Assembly (NCBI RefSeq): GCF_035594765.1
Contig: NC_085844.1
Location: 182,048,107 to 182,112,106, forward strand
Reading direction: 5' to 3'
Length of the DNA stretch: 64,000 nt
Origin: Anolis carolinensis
Taxonomy: Eukaryota
The position numbers and the translations under genes were made by a program. The notes beneath the pieces were generated by a model that saw only the letters and a program-made list of their open reading frames with translations, did no database searches and was not told where the DNA came from. Positions 49,975 through 62,600 of the stretch are shown one piece after another. Every line of letters begins with the position of its first letter. The first letter of the stretch is position 1.

Positions 49975-50241
49975 TAGGCCCGTAGCCAGGATTTTGATTC
50001 GGGGGGGGGGGGGGCTGAGTCTGAGTGAGAGAGGATCTACCCTAGCAAACCTTTTGTATCGTTATCCCAATAGCCTGTGCATATGGGATATATTGAGCAT
50101 GGTGATCAGATCATGATATGAATAAACATAACAGTTTAAATAATAAATGTAAGGCCTTCTTGCGGACTACCCTAAGAATTTGGGGGGGGGGGGAGCACTA
50201 AAGCCCCTCAACCCCCCCCCCCCCCCCCGGCTACATGCCTG
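49975..50241. mobile_element. Non-autonomous DNA transposon with poly-G/poly-C subtermini
   Basis: Inverted ends AGGCCCGTAGCCAGG / CCGGCTACATGCCT; no convincing TSD. Confidence 0.6.
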
Positions 50242-51427
50242 AAAGAGCGTAGGAATGAAATTACTGCATATGTTTTTTTCTCACTTGGCAGCCAAACCTG
50301 GGGGAGGAGGACTGTTCCACAACTGCCAAGCATTGACAAGAAACATCTGCCAGTCACTCTGATCATTCACATTCTCTTGAGTTCTGTACATACCATATAG
50401 CCACAGTAGGATGCTGCAGTCTGTCTTAATACAGTATCCTATATACAGCAACAGTGAAACTGATCATCAACTTCAGGCCTCTCACGGAGAAGTCATTGCT
50501 AGCAAAATCCACAATACGTACTTTTCACTATTTCCCATGAGAAATATTGCCTGTTCAAAATCATTTCCCAACCTCTCATAATCTTAAAATATAACAAAAA
50601 TCATCTTGTTCTGAATTGATATGATTATACAAATTCCAAGTGTCTAGAACAGAGATGAGAAACTGGAAGGTTAGGGGGGGTGTTAGTCCCTTTTAGCAGA
50701 TTTTGAATAAACACATTACTGGAAAAAGGTTACCAAATGTCTCTAAACAACCTCTACGGGATATGTTCATTATGTTTAGAAGGTGTGATGGGCCATTTCA
50801 GGTTTGGGGGAGGGGGGGAAGAGAGCTGTCAAAAATTATTCCATTTGGGGGCATTTGGGGACAAAACATTAAAATTAATTGAAGAAAAAAAAACCATTAT
50901 TTTTCATCCTGACTGCATTTTGGCTACTTTTGGCTTAGAAAATAAAGAACAAATGGTGTTCCAGACTAGTCTAGGACTAAATCCAACATCACATTAGTAA
51001 CTAAGCTAGAGTTGCCAGAATAAAAACTGGAGAAGCCTCTTATATTTTAATGGATGTGTAGAAAAGAGAATTTCAACAGGCATTGCTTGTCATGCAGCCA
51101 GGTAACAAGCAATAGTTATTGAAATTTCCTCTTATATATTGTTCAGCTCTTATATCCATGGGGTAAGTGTTCCTCAACTTATCATGGAAACCGGACAACA
51201 GTGAGCTCTATTGTAATAATTGGCTTGTGTTTGAAATTCCTTAGACGTATCCTCTCTAAGAATTTGCTAGGTCCTCCAATTCAACACGATGATGGCTTCC
51301 AGCTGAAGCATATCATAGAATCACCTGAAGGACCTGCAGAATTTCTAGATTTGACATACTTGATCAGTTGTGAGTAGGTGAAACCACAAGTACCAGTTCC
51401 GTGGGTACAAGGTCATACTGTACAGTC

Positions 51428-51722
51428 ATTATCGGCAGAGTTGATGGCGTAGAAGTATAACTTCAGTGCTGGTGGTCTTTGCTTCTTCCAGCAAGCTGAC
51501 ATTTATTCGCCTGTCTTCCCAAGAGATTTGCAGGATTTTTTGGAGGCAACGTTGATGGAATCTTTCCAGGAGTTGAGTGTGACGTCTGTAGACAGTCCAT
51601 GTTTCGCAGGTATGTAGCAGGGTTGGGAGGACATTAGCTTTATAAACAAGCACCTTGGTATCCCTATGGATGTCTGGATCCTCAAACACTCTCTGCTTCA
51701 TTTGGAGAAATGCTGCTGCTGA
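51428..51722 (-). mobile_element. RTE-clade LINE fragment
   Basis: AAFLQMKQRVFED...TKVLVYKANVLPTLLHTCETWTVYRRHTQLLERFHQRCLQKILQISWEDRR is the RTE post-RT motif. Confidence 0.85.
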
Positions 51723-52793
51723 TATTCTTTGATTTTGATCTTCCAGTTTTCCAAGAAGGAAGGTAAGATACGGAAGAAAAGAGTTTCTCATGCCCAATGT
51801 ACTGAATTTATTCAAATCACAGAATTTGATAGGTTCTTTTGGAAAAGTTGATACTTGGTAAGCCTAAAGCCTATTCTGCAAGAGAGCCAAGATCTACGAT
51901 GGAGAAAAATGTATTGTGGTCTTTATTTTCTCTTTTCAGGCATGGCTTCTATAATATTAAGTGAACCTTAATGGGATGGCTTGCAGAGACTCCCTCATAG
52001 CTCCTAATGTAATCAACAGGCACACTTATTCAATTATCCTCCTTACAGGGAAAAATCGAACAATAATTCTTGCACGTAGCAGGAAGCTGGGATCTCCCAA
52101 GCACAGCTCCACATCTCTGTTCCAAAGACATTAAATTAGGAATCAGTGACACCAACCACTGTTCTGAATAGACTTTACTTTCTGATACGCATGCTAAACA
52201 CTACAAGCCTTCCCAGTATAGAAGAAAGTATTTTCTTATAATAGCTTGTTTTCAACATGCTATTCATTGCTATAGCTACAGGTGGAGGCGGTGAGGACAA
52301 TGCCCCTCATAAGAATCCTCTTCCATGAAATTTATTTCACTTTCCAAATTTCTGGTATTGCAGTACAGTATGACCTCCTTTTTTAAGCACTCAATATCCA
52401 TGGTTTCATGTATCCACAGTCCCAAAAAATTGCCACTAGAAGGTTTTGTAAGCCTCTCTAGGTTCTCCAACATTATGGTATGGTATGCTTCTTGCTTAAA
52501 TGTAGTCCAAATGTAGGGTTTGCTGTTCTCCACAATTTTGGGTATACAAGAGGGGTCTTGGGCTATATGTGAATTCAAGCTTCAACTGAGAATTCAACTG
52601 TGTATTTAGAAACACAGTTGAGGCACCTAATCAAAAAAGGACGCTAGCAAAGTTATCAAAGGAATGTGAGTACAGTAAATACAAGAATAATAAGTCTAAA
52701 TTATTTTCAGTGTCTCACATTCTGCACTGCTAGAAATTTAAGGGTGAAAGAAAAATTTCATGGAAAGGGGAGAATTCTCATTTAGAGGGATAA

Positions 52794-53104
52794 CACTATG
52801 TAACACATTTTTGTTACTGTATTTATAAATGTCATTTTCTAATTGGTTCTGTCATTAAAAAAAGTATGGGAAAAGTTTATTAAAGTGCAAAAACTTTGTT
52901 TTTGCAGGATATCTTGTAGCACATTTTGCTATAGTTTTTCACTGTGTATCCCATAGAGTCTCAATCAATTCAGTATAGTTTGCGGCAGCCACAACCACGT
53001 TTCTGGAGTATAACAACTATTTTCAACGTAAGTAACACACAGTTAAACATGGAATAACACTTTCAAACCAGGAACATATTTTTTTCAAGTTTTGATATAT
53101 AGTG
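52794..53104. mobile_element. Tc1/mariner-type MITE, copy 2
   Basis: CACTATGTAACA...ATATAGTG followed by TA; colinear with 42208..42516. Confidence 0.75.
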
Positions 53105-54148
53105 TAATGTTCTCATTCATCTTAACCTACTTAGATAAATGTCCTGGACTGGATCTATCCTTTTCACTTGCTGCCTTTATATTTGCTTTGTTCCTATTTC
53201 AAAGGTATGCTATCTAATCAAAATGCCCCTGTGTAAACCATTCGGGAGAAGAAGTCATTCAAGGATGTGAACGATAAAGGGGCCTGTCTATGAATACTGC
53301 CATAGTAACACCACAAGATGCTAGATCATTATGTGTGCAGCTGATACAGTAAATGTAGCATTATGTGTGTAGCTGATAAGTGCAGCATTGTGGCTTCAGA
53401 AAAAAGTCAAACCTTTGGAGCTGTATTTATGGGTGGACCAGCTTGCTCAGGACATTATCCAGGCAACTGGAGGAGCATTCAACTACAAACAGACTGACAC
53501 TAAAGAATAAGAATTATATTGATTGGATAAATTGCCCTTTATGATAAGTGCATTATTTGAATCACAAATGTCCCAACTCCCCTGTAAGACTTTTGCATCC
53601 TTCCATCATTCTTTAATGATTCATACAGAAACTCATAAGAGCACGCAATCCTACCTCTGTGGAAAGTGCCATTGGTAGTGCCATTTAGAGCAGGTCTAAC
53701 TACTTGCCTTCAAACCCAAAGAAGGGAGGAGGCCAACGGCTACGTTGCAAGTCACATAGCATTGCCCCATTTATGTTCACTTTTAACTAAATATGGCTGT
53801 GTTTGATAGTGATTGCCTCTAGATTTGTCATGGCCAAACTCTGGCTTTCCAGATACTTTTGACCTGCCAGTCTCATCAGCGTCAGCCAGCACTGCTGATA
53901 ATGAGGCACACAGCGAGCTGCAGTCCAACAACTTGTGAACTCCAAGTATGCTCACCCCCCCCCCCCCCCCCCACAGCACATAGGCCTGCTTTTCTACCCC
54001 TCACCAGTATCATAATTACTGGGAAAGATAAATAATCCTTCATAAAGGAATAAAGGAAGGAAGGAATAAACTTCACTTTTTGTTTGGATCATGGTAGCAA
54101 TGCCCTCTGCTGGAGAGAAATCCATGTACCTATGTATGTATGTGTATG

Positions 54149-54151
<3 letters not shown>

Positions 54152-54196
<45 letters not shown>
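54152..54196. repeat. (AC)n microsatellite
   Basis: About 22 AC units seen directly. Confidence 0.95.
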
Positions 54197-54197
<1 letters not shown>

Positions 54198-54673
54198 TTC
54201 TTTTCAAATTCAGCTTGACAATCTTCTGGAACAATATTGCTCCCATTTTCTTGGCTAGGGAGATTTCCTGGAGTTGCTGCAGCCAGAATCCCAAGCCCTA
54301 CCAGTCTAACCAATCCTCCAATAGTAGCTTTTCAGCCAGAAGCTTCCCTTTGCAGAACATCTATTCTCTGAAATAATTTTTCTACTGTTTGCTCTACTAG
54401 GAAACATTGATCTCGCATGAAGTAATGCAGTGTAGGTTTAACGTTCTCTTTTGCTACAGGATGAAGTCTGCAAGACCTCTTTTTAAGAGTGTTCATAATT
54501 TCTTTGTATGAAGAAAATACTCTTTTCAATGATGGTCTTCCATCAGACTTGGGTCAATGGACCAATTAGCAGCACCTTCGTTAAGCGAGAACAGAGAGGT
54601 AGACTCTGCTTCATCACCATCATCTCTTGCTTCTGCTGTTACATAAACAGTCTTATGGTACACATTTGTGGTG

Positions 54674-55004
54674 TAAAGGTAAAGGTTTTCCCCTGACATT
54701 AAGTCTAGTCATGTCCGACTCTAGGGGTTGGTGCTTATCTCCATTTCTAAGTTGAAGAGCCCACGTTGTCTGTAGATGCCTCCAAGGTCATGTGAACGGC
54801 ATGTCTGCATGGAGTGCCATTACCTTCCTGCTGGAGTGGTACCTATTGATCTACTCACATTTGTATGTTTTCAAACTGCTAGATTGGCAGAAACTGGGGC
54901 TAACAGCAGAAGCTCACCCCACTTCCTGGATTCAAACTGCTGACCTTTCGGTCAGCAAGTTCAGCAATTCAGCGGTTTAACCCACTGCACCATCGTAGGC
55001 TCCC
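54674..55004 (-). mobile_element. Sauria-type SINE, full length
   Basis: Reverse complement of the 16926 copy; (AAAGGT)n tail at the left end; TGTGGTG repeated on both flanks. Confidence 0.9.
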
Positions 55005-55823
55005 TAATGTGGTGAGATCTATGAATTCTTGATTCACCTGGTGCTCATTTGCTTCTGATTCTTTCTCAACATTTATTGGGTCATAGTATTCTAAAATTGA
55101 CTTTTGAACAGGGGGAGGCAGAATATTCAGAGGAGAGGCTTTGCATATCTGAGCCCATGCAGAGGCCATCTTACGGCACTGAAAGTTTAACAATGCCTAA
55201 AATCAAAACTGTTTAATACTCCTGAGCTTTGTATAATGACAGTGCTAATTTGAATCTTATCCTTATAATTTTACAGTTATTGAAATTATTAAAAAGCAGG
55301 AAACATATGTTCAGGAAATAAGTCTCATATTGAATGGATAAAATGGTAAAACAGTGAAGTAGTAAAAAAGTAGAAAAAAATAGCTAACCCTCCCCCAAAT
55401 AATAATAAATGTTTGTTTAATGAAATAAAGTATAATAATAAAATAAAAATAATTAAAAATGTAAAATAGTAAATAGTAAAATTACCTAGATGCTAAAAAT
55501 TCTCTATGAATTTGCTTTGTGATATACAAAAATCTTTGTAAACATCAGAGTTAAAGCAAATCTCAGAGTCAAGGTATATTCCAGGCAAAGATTTATGGAG
55601 TAATGTCCAGTCATTGAGGGAGTAATTTCACTGACCAGCAGCCTTTTGTGTCAATCAGCTTCTTCAGCAAGAGGTCAGATCGAAGTACCCCAAACTTCAG
55701 ATTTCGTCTTCTTTTATTGTTTCTTGCTCTTTGTACCCTTTCCCTCTTTCTCCTTTTCACTTTTGCTTTTAGTTCAACTGCTTCTTAGCATAAGGGTAAT
55801 CCTCACAACAAATGTATGACCAT

Positions 55824-55912
55824 CGATTGGGGGTGCTTTGAATGCGATTTTCCTGCTTCTTGGCAGGGGGTTGGACAGGATGGCCGAAGAGGTTTCTTCC
55901 AACTATGATTCT
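55824..55912 (+). mobile_element. CR1 3' UTR fragment
   Basis: GTGCTTTGAATGCGATTTTCCTGCTTCTTGGCAGGGGGTTGGAC...CTATGATTCTA, homologous to 45836-45916. Confidence 0.8.
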
Positions 55913-55966
55913 AAACCAGTAGTTCCCAACCCATGGGCTGTGACCCAGCAGTGGGCCCCAAGAACG

Positions 55967-56017
<51 letters not shown>

Positions 56018-56250
56018 CTTTATTTATACCCCGCCACCATCTCCCCAATGGGGACTCGGGGCGGCTTACATGGGGCCATGCCCAGAACAATACAATATAA
56101 CAGCATATAAAAGAACAATACAATAGATAACAATATACATTACAATGCAAAATCAAGGAAACAATAAAAACAAGGGTGGGCCACATGAACATTAAGTTAA
56201 AACTCGGGGTGAGAAAGACATAAGAATAAAACCACAAAGAACAGAGTCAT
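55967..56250 (-). mobile_element. L2-type 3' end with (AAT)n tail
   Basis: (AAT)n at 55967-56010, then TTTATTTATACCCCGCCACCATCTCCCCAATGGGGACTCGGGGCGGCTTACA. Confidence 0.75.
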
Positions 56251-56762
56251 AAGATAGAAAATCCGGTCTGCGAACCTTCTTCCTCTTTATTTATTGATAA
56301 CAATTTTACAGTAAATGTTGCTTCAGCTTCCAGAATCCTTATAATGTCAAAACAGGTCAGCTTGTCTTTCTCACCCCGCTTCTTTTTCTTTTCTTCAGTG
56401 TTGATTAAAAGCATGTTGCTGGTTACGTTCAACAACCCCCAAGCTAAGAGTGACTTATCACAGACTTATCAGTCTGTTTTCAATAGTCTTCTCTAATTGT
56501 GCTGCTCAGAAGATTAGGGGGAGAGAAGACAATGAGGGGATGAAAAAGACATAGTATGGGCTACATCGCCATCTTTAACTTGCAAAGCCTTTTTTATGTA
56601 TTAAAATGGCCAGTTTAAAAATGCTTCACCACTGGAAGGAAGCTATGATTAAGGGACTGAAGAAGGTACAATAGGCTCTCCACTTTTTGCTGGAGTCAGG
56701 GGCAAAGGATCCCCACTAAAGTAGAAAAACCATTAATTAACCACACACACACACACACCCCA

Positions 56763-56886
56763 CATGGCTGGAATCACAGGGTTGTTGTGTGTTTTCTGGG
56801 CTGTATGGCCATGTTCCAGAAGTATTATCTCCTAGTAATACTTCTGGAACATGGCCATACAGCCTGGAAAACACACAACAACCCTG
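56763..56886. mobile_element. Penelope-like element terminal fragment forming an inverted repeat
   Basis: 51-bp arms 56777-56827 and 56836-56886 (2 mismatches) with an 8-nt loop; the sequence GGCTGTATGGCCATGTTCCAGAAGTATT resembles lizard Penelope pseudo-LTRs. Confidence 0.6.
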
Positions 56887-57568
56887 CCCCACACTATTTT
56901 TTAACATGAATAATCTCTAGGTCCTCCAGGGAACCTCCATCGTCGGTTTCTGGTGCACATTGTCCATAGTGTTATCACTGAGGACCTAGAAATTCATAAT
57001 AATCACATCTGTGAATATTTAATTCACCCAGGTTAAACCCGCAAATGTGGAGGGGTGAATATAATTGTTTTGAACACATATACAAATACCCTTTATGAAC
57101 CCGTTTGCATATAAACTGCAGAGTGAAGGAGTAGACCCTGGTGGCTGAATACATACTAAAGGGTATTCAAAATTTAGGTGGGATTAAATTCCATGAATTG
57201 TCCTTGTGAACACCATTACTGAAACCATTGTTGTACAGGAGGTGAATGTGAATGGGTAAGCAGCATGGGAAAGTCAATAGAACCACACTCACGGTTTGTG
57301 TCTCCATGGTTTCTTAGAAGTAAGCCCATCATGGATCTCAAACAGATTATAGCAGTGGTTATTAACCTGGGGTCCCCAGATGCTTTTGGCCTTCAACTCC
57401 CAGAAATCCTAACAGCTTATAAACTTGCTGGGATTTTTGGGAGTTGTAGGCCAAAAACCATCTTGAAGGCTTAAAGTGTGTTTCTTTTGCATAGAAGTTA
57501 AACCCCAGCACTGACTTTAGATTGCAAGTGAAATATGGAAAGAGTATCATCAGACTATACCCTAAACC

Positions 57569-57702
57569 AATGGTTCTCAAGCTGTGGGTCCCCGAGTGTT
57601 TTGGCTGACAACTCCCAGAAATCCCAGCCAGTTTACCAGCTGTTGGGATTTCTGGGAGTTAAAAGCCAAAACATTTGGGGAACTACAGCTTGAGAACCAC
57701 TG
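57569..57702. mobile_element. Palindromic hAT MITE (partial sibling at about 57352-57460)
   Basis: CAATGGTTCTCAAGCTG / CAGCTTGAGAACCACTG ends; flanks CCCTAAAC / TCTTAAAC resemble an 8-bp TSD. Confidence 0.7.
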
Positions 57703-57923
57703 TCTTAAACTAATTGGATCACATTTGATTTTAGAAGCTAAACAAGACTGGGTTTTGATTTTGGGAGTGATAACCCTAAGAACTAGCTTTTGCAGGTGAA
57801 ACAAGAAACAGGGCTCCGACATAGTTTACAGATGTGTAAAAGAATGAATTTCAGCAGGTGTTGTCTGCCACAACACTTTTCTAGCTGAATTTCCCTCTTC
57901 TACACAACCATTTAAGATATAAG

Positions 57924-58599
57924 TGTCCTGTTCCGTCCCCCAGGACGATGGTTTGCCTTACCTATTGGTCGTTTGTTTGTTTTCCCTCCTTTACATTTTG
58001 TTTGAGCCTCTGGCTGCAAAAGCCTAGGAAAAGTGGCTTGGAATCTGCAAGAGCTGGCTGCAGTTTTCTTTGCAGTGATTGGTCAAAGAGTGCAACATCT
58101 TAGGACCGCCCTTTTTACCAGGGTCTAGTCTCCATTTTAGAGTTTCATTCTGGCTATAGTCTTCCAACGTGCTGGAGCTGTGCAAAGCTAACTGGGACAA
58201 ATCATCCTCAAAACCAGGCCAATCTAAGCCTATCCAAATTAGATAAGTATTGAATTATATTGATCTGGAATAGGAAATCTAGTTAAAGGAGCAGGGTTAT
58301 TCTGTCGCTTCTAGAACTAATCTTTGCTGTAAAGATAGGGAAGGAAAGAGTTTCTCCTTCTAATATAGACAGCGTGATTAGGGTATAGTGGTTTTATAAT
58401 CACCTTTGCCTTCTGGAACCAGGGATAATTCTGCAACTAAAACCTATGGAAATTTGTTTCATTTTCTGCAACTTTAAGATCTGTGCCAGGTTTACAACCT
58501 TGTATGAATAAACATCCTTTTTTGAAGTTATCCAGACTCAGTCGTTCAATATCTATAGGACAGCTTATAGGGATTTGCAGTTCGCCCGGATAAAGGACA
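57924..58599 (+). repeat. 5' LTR of the BEL/Pao element
   Basis: TGTCCT...AGGACA inverted termini and AATAAA at 58507-12. The 3' boundary could extend to about 58609. Confidence 0.65.
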
Positions 58600-59055
58600 G
58601 CACGTTTCAGTTTTATAGTTTTTTATTGTCCGGCGGACGGCACAGTTTTGAGGTAGATCAGCGGTTTTTCCGCTTGAGCTAGCTTGCACGGCTTTATAGT
58701 TTTTTATAGTTTAGGAAGTTTTAGTATAGGCTGCGGCTTTTCCGCCTGAGCTCAGTCTGCATACCTAAAGACTCTACCAGCGTCTGAGGCAGTGGAGCCC
58801 GCTCTCAGACCCGAAGGAGTCAAATAGTGGGGCTCTATTTCCTTGCTATTTGGCTCGCGTGTGCGCACGTGGCCCAGTGGCTTTCTGGGTTTGCACAGGC
58901 TGTGCAGTTCCCAGCAACGTCCAGGGCTCCCTCGGCGGTAGACCTCGAGCCGCGGAGCACCAGCGACAGTTCTTTGGCTGGCTCTGAGGCGTGAAGCCCA
59001 CCAGAACCAGGCTAGAACCTGGACAGGCCTGGCAACGCTGCTGCGAGTTCGGCTT

Positions 59056-59300
59056 TGACCTGCCTCATGGTCCGGCGGTGGTGACCTGCCTCATCGTCCT
59101 GCGGTGGTGACCTGCCTCATTGACCTGCGGCGGTGACCTGCCTCATCGTCCTGCGGTGGTGACCTGCCTCATCGTCCTGCGGTGGTGACCTGCCTCATCG
59201 TCCTGCGGTGGTGACCTGCCTCATCGTCCTGCGGTGGTGACCTGCCTCATCGTCCTGCGGTGGTGACCTGCTTCATCGACCTGCGGTGGTGACCTCCCTT
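59056..59300. repeat. 26-bp tandem repeat, about 9.4 copies
   Basis: Unit TGACCTGCCTCATCGTCCTGCGGTGG starting at 59056, 59082, 59108 and so on to 59290. Confidence 0.95.
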
Positions 59301-59637
59301 CACAGCGGGGAGGAGGCGTCTCTTCTCTCCTCCTTTCCAAAGCCAGCCTCGGTGCTCCTTCGGCGGCAGGCCTCGAGCCGCAGAGCACGAGGTGCTTGAA
59401 AATTTGGCGAAGTCGCCATTTTGGCAGTTTACGTCACTCGGGCAAGGGAGGTATCAAGTGGCAAGTTGCTGTCAGTTGACATTTTGCAGCTTGCCCACCA
59501 AAGTCTGGCGCCAAAGGTCACAATCTTTGTAAAGTATAGTTACTTAGTGATATATATTGCTATGGTTAAGTGTTGTGCATTGTATTATATGTTGTATTTG
59601 CTTTTGTTGTAAATTTACTTGCTATTAAGAATACATA

Positions 59638-62600
59638 ATGTCTATGCAATTTCAAGATGATACAGATGGTATACCTCCTTCTGAGGCTGAAAGTAGGAAT
59701 GAAAGGCCCCAAAGGATAAAGCACCCTTCAGCCAAGATGCTAGCCCATCTAATAGATGAAAAGGAGCTCCTCCATGTGAGGTTAGGTTCGGCATGGGAGC
59801 GAATTGTAACATTAATGGACAGAATAGAGAGCTTGGGTATCACAAGGGTGCCAGCCATATTACAGACAGACCTCGAAGAAGCCTTCGGTCTTTGGAGGGG
59901 TTTAGTGTCTAAGATAGTCCAGGTCCTCGAGCGCATTAACGCCAAGGATTCAGAGTTAGAAATAGGGAGTGTTTTAGCTGACACTAATGAGAAAGAAAAT
60001 AGGGTGAGGGCAATCCTAGCTTCCTTATGCAGCCATGAGACCAATCTTTTGAAATCACCTGCTGTGGCACTTAGTCTTAAGTCCAACCGCTCTAGCCAGG
60101 TATCTAAACTAAGGGAGCGTGCATCGTCTAAACACAGCCACTCTAGCAAGTCTTCTGCTGCTGGGAGTGCCATCTCTTCCCTAGCTGCCTTGCACATTAA
60201 GGAGGCTGCACGTCTGGAGCTAAAGAGCAAGGTAGCGGGGGCGGAGGCTGATGCTAAGGCAGCTGATCTCACCCTTCCCTTTAAAGAAGAAGAGCAACGA
60301 CTGCAAATAGAACAGGCCCGTAGACAAAGCGAAATGCAAATGGAACAGGCCCGTAGACAAAGCGAAATGCAAATGGAACAGGCCCAAAGACAAAGCGAAA
60401 TGCAAATGGAACAGGCCCAAAGACAAAGCGAAATGCAAATAGAACAGGCCCGTAGACAAAGCGAAATGCAAATAGAACAGGCTCGTATAGAGATGCTTAG
60501 AATAAAGATGGATGCCGCAGCCAAAAGGGTAAGGGCTGAGACTTTGGCCAAGGCCCTAATTGAGCCACTCACAGAAGAAAATGTAAGCCAGTTACCAATA
60601 CAGGACCCTTCTGCCAAAGTGTTTGCGCACCTTGGCAGCATGTACAGCCAGTTTTCGGATGAGGAACAGGGAGACTTCTCTCCTTACCCAGAGCAGGGCC
60701 CCAAAGTCACTTTTGAGTTTCCTGCAGAGCAGAGCGTCATAGCGGGGAGCTCACCCTTGCTCGAGCTACCTGTGCCTCCTGCTAAAACCCTAGGTCAGTC
60801 AATCAGGGCCTCAAGGCCGAGTGCTAGTTGGCCCCTACAGACAGCTGCACAGGGAACCATCGATTCGTCAGTGGTCGATGTCATCCCTCCAAGAGGCCAA
60901 AGGTTGACGCAAGGTACACGGTGGGAGTCCACTCCACAACAGCAAACTCCTCAATTGTTCCCTTCGACGCCAGAGTCCCAGCTTGTCTCCATCATCAGAA
61001 GCCCCAGAAGAGATCTTAAGGACAAGGGTGTCGAAAAGTTTTCGGACAAGCCTGAGGAATTTCTTCTCTGGAAGGCCACCTTCCAGAGAGCAATCAGAGA
61101 CTTAAAGTTATTGCCTGAGGAAGAACTGACTCTTCTGGCTGCATGGTTGGGCCCAGCCTCATCCTCACAAGTTAAGAAGATCTACGCAGCCCACGTAGCC
61201 GATCCCGACAAAGCCCTGGAAAAGGCCTGGGCCAGGTTGCAGCAGAGGTATGGGGCCAGTACAGAGATTGAAGCATCTCTTATGGACAAGCTCCAAAGGT
61301 TCCCAGCTTTAAAACTCAAAGACTTCAAACTCTTGTGGGACCTCAGCGATCTCCTTGCGGAATTAGAGTCGGCCAAGGAGAATCCAGAACTGCCCGGTTT
61401 GAAGTGCCTCGATCAGCACCTGTCCCAGAGGCAGATCTTGACCAAGCTGCCCTTCACTTTGCAAGAACGCTGGGGACAGGAGGTCTTCAACTACAAGGAG
61501 GCCCACTCCCAGGCATACCCTCCATTTTCTCATTTGGTCCAGTTCATCACCAGGGCAGCCAGAGAAAGGAATGATCCACAGACGGGCCTCCCCACCTTAT
61601 ACCAAGGGACCCAGCCAGAGAAGGCACCTGAAGTGGACAAGAAACCATCCAGAGAGGCCAAAAGACCGGTTAGTGTTAGGGCTGTTGAAACTCAGCACAG
61701 GGCCAACGAATCCAAGTCAGAGGTGAAGGAGGTGCTCTGCCCCATTCACCAAAAGCCTCACAGTTTGGCCAACTGCCGGGAATTTGGCAAGAAGCCTTAT
61801 AAAGAAAGACAACAGATTGTACAGAAGCTGGGCATATGTTTTAGGTGCTGTGGAGCAACTCTTCACTTTGCATCCAACTGCAAAGAGGATGTCAAATGCG
61901 CAAGGTGTAACAGCCTTAAGCATTGCACCGCGATGCACAACTCTGACGCTGTCTCCCACGCCAAAGGGGACACGTTTTCCAAAGAAGGGTCATCTACTGA
62001 AGCCACCAACATGCAGGCCGCGTCACGGATGCAGGAGGATGCTCCATCGGTCGCCTGCACTGAACTATGCTCTAACGTGCACCAGTTCAGAGTCTGTCAT
62101 CCTATCTGCCTAGCGGATGTATATCCAGCCAAGAGCCCTTGGCTTAGAAAGAGACTCTATGTGGCCCTGGATTCACAGAGCGACGCCTCCCTGGCTACTC
62201 CAGAGTTCTTCCGCATGTTTGACCTTAAAACCAAGATGGTCGACTACACTATGACTACGTGTGCAGGAAAAAAGAAGTTGCAGGGTCGCATAGCATCTGG
62301 CTTTGTTGTCTCCTCTTGCGACCAGAAGAGACAGTTCAAGTTGCCAGACCTGATTGAGTGTTCCTCCATCCCTCGGAACAAAAAACAAATTGTAACTAGA
62401 GAAGTTGTGGAGGCTCATCCACATTTGCGACGGTTAAAGAATGCTATACTAGCCTTTCGGCCAGATGTGGACATTGCCCTTTTGCTTGGCTCGGACTGCC
62501 CGAGCTTGTTCTGTGTGAACGACCAAGTTAAAGGACCTCCAGGTGCACCTATCGCACAACAATTGCCATTAGGCTGGACAGTCATAGGCCCAGTGTGCAT

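Noticed and set aside
59056-59300. Regular short repeat resembling a CRISPR array
   Set aside because: Units are head-to-tail with no unique spacers, and the context is a vertebrate retrotransposon leader.
59652-60641. 329-aa antisense ORF with (ACSICISLCLR)n Cys-rich repeats
   Set aside because: It is the mirror frame of gag and its 33-bp repeat, has a non-ATG start and shows no independent coding signal.
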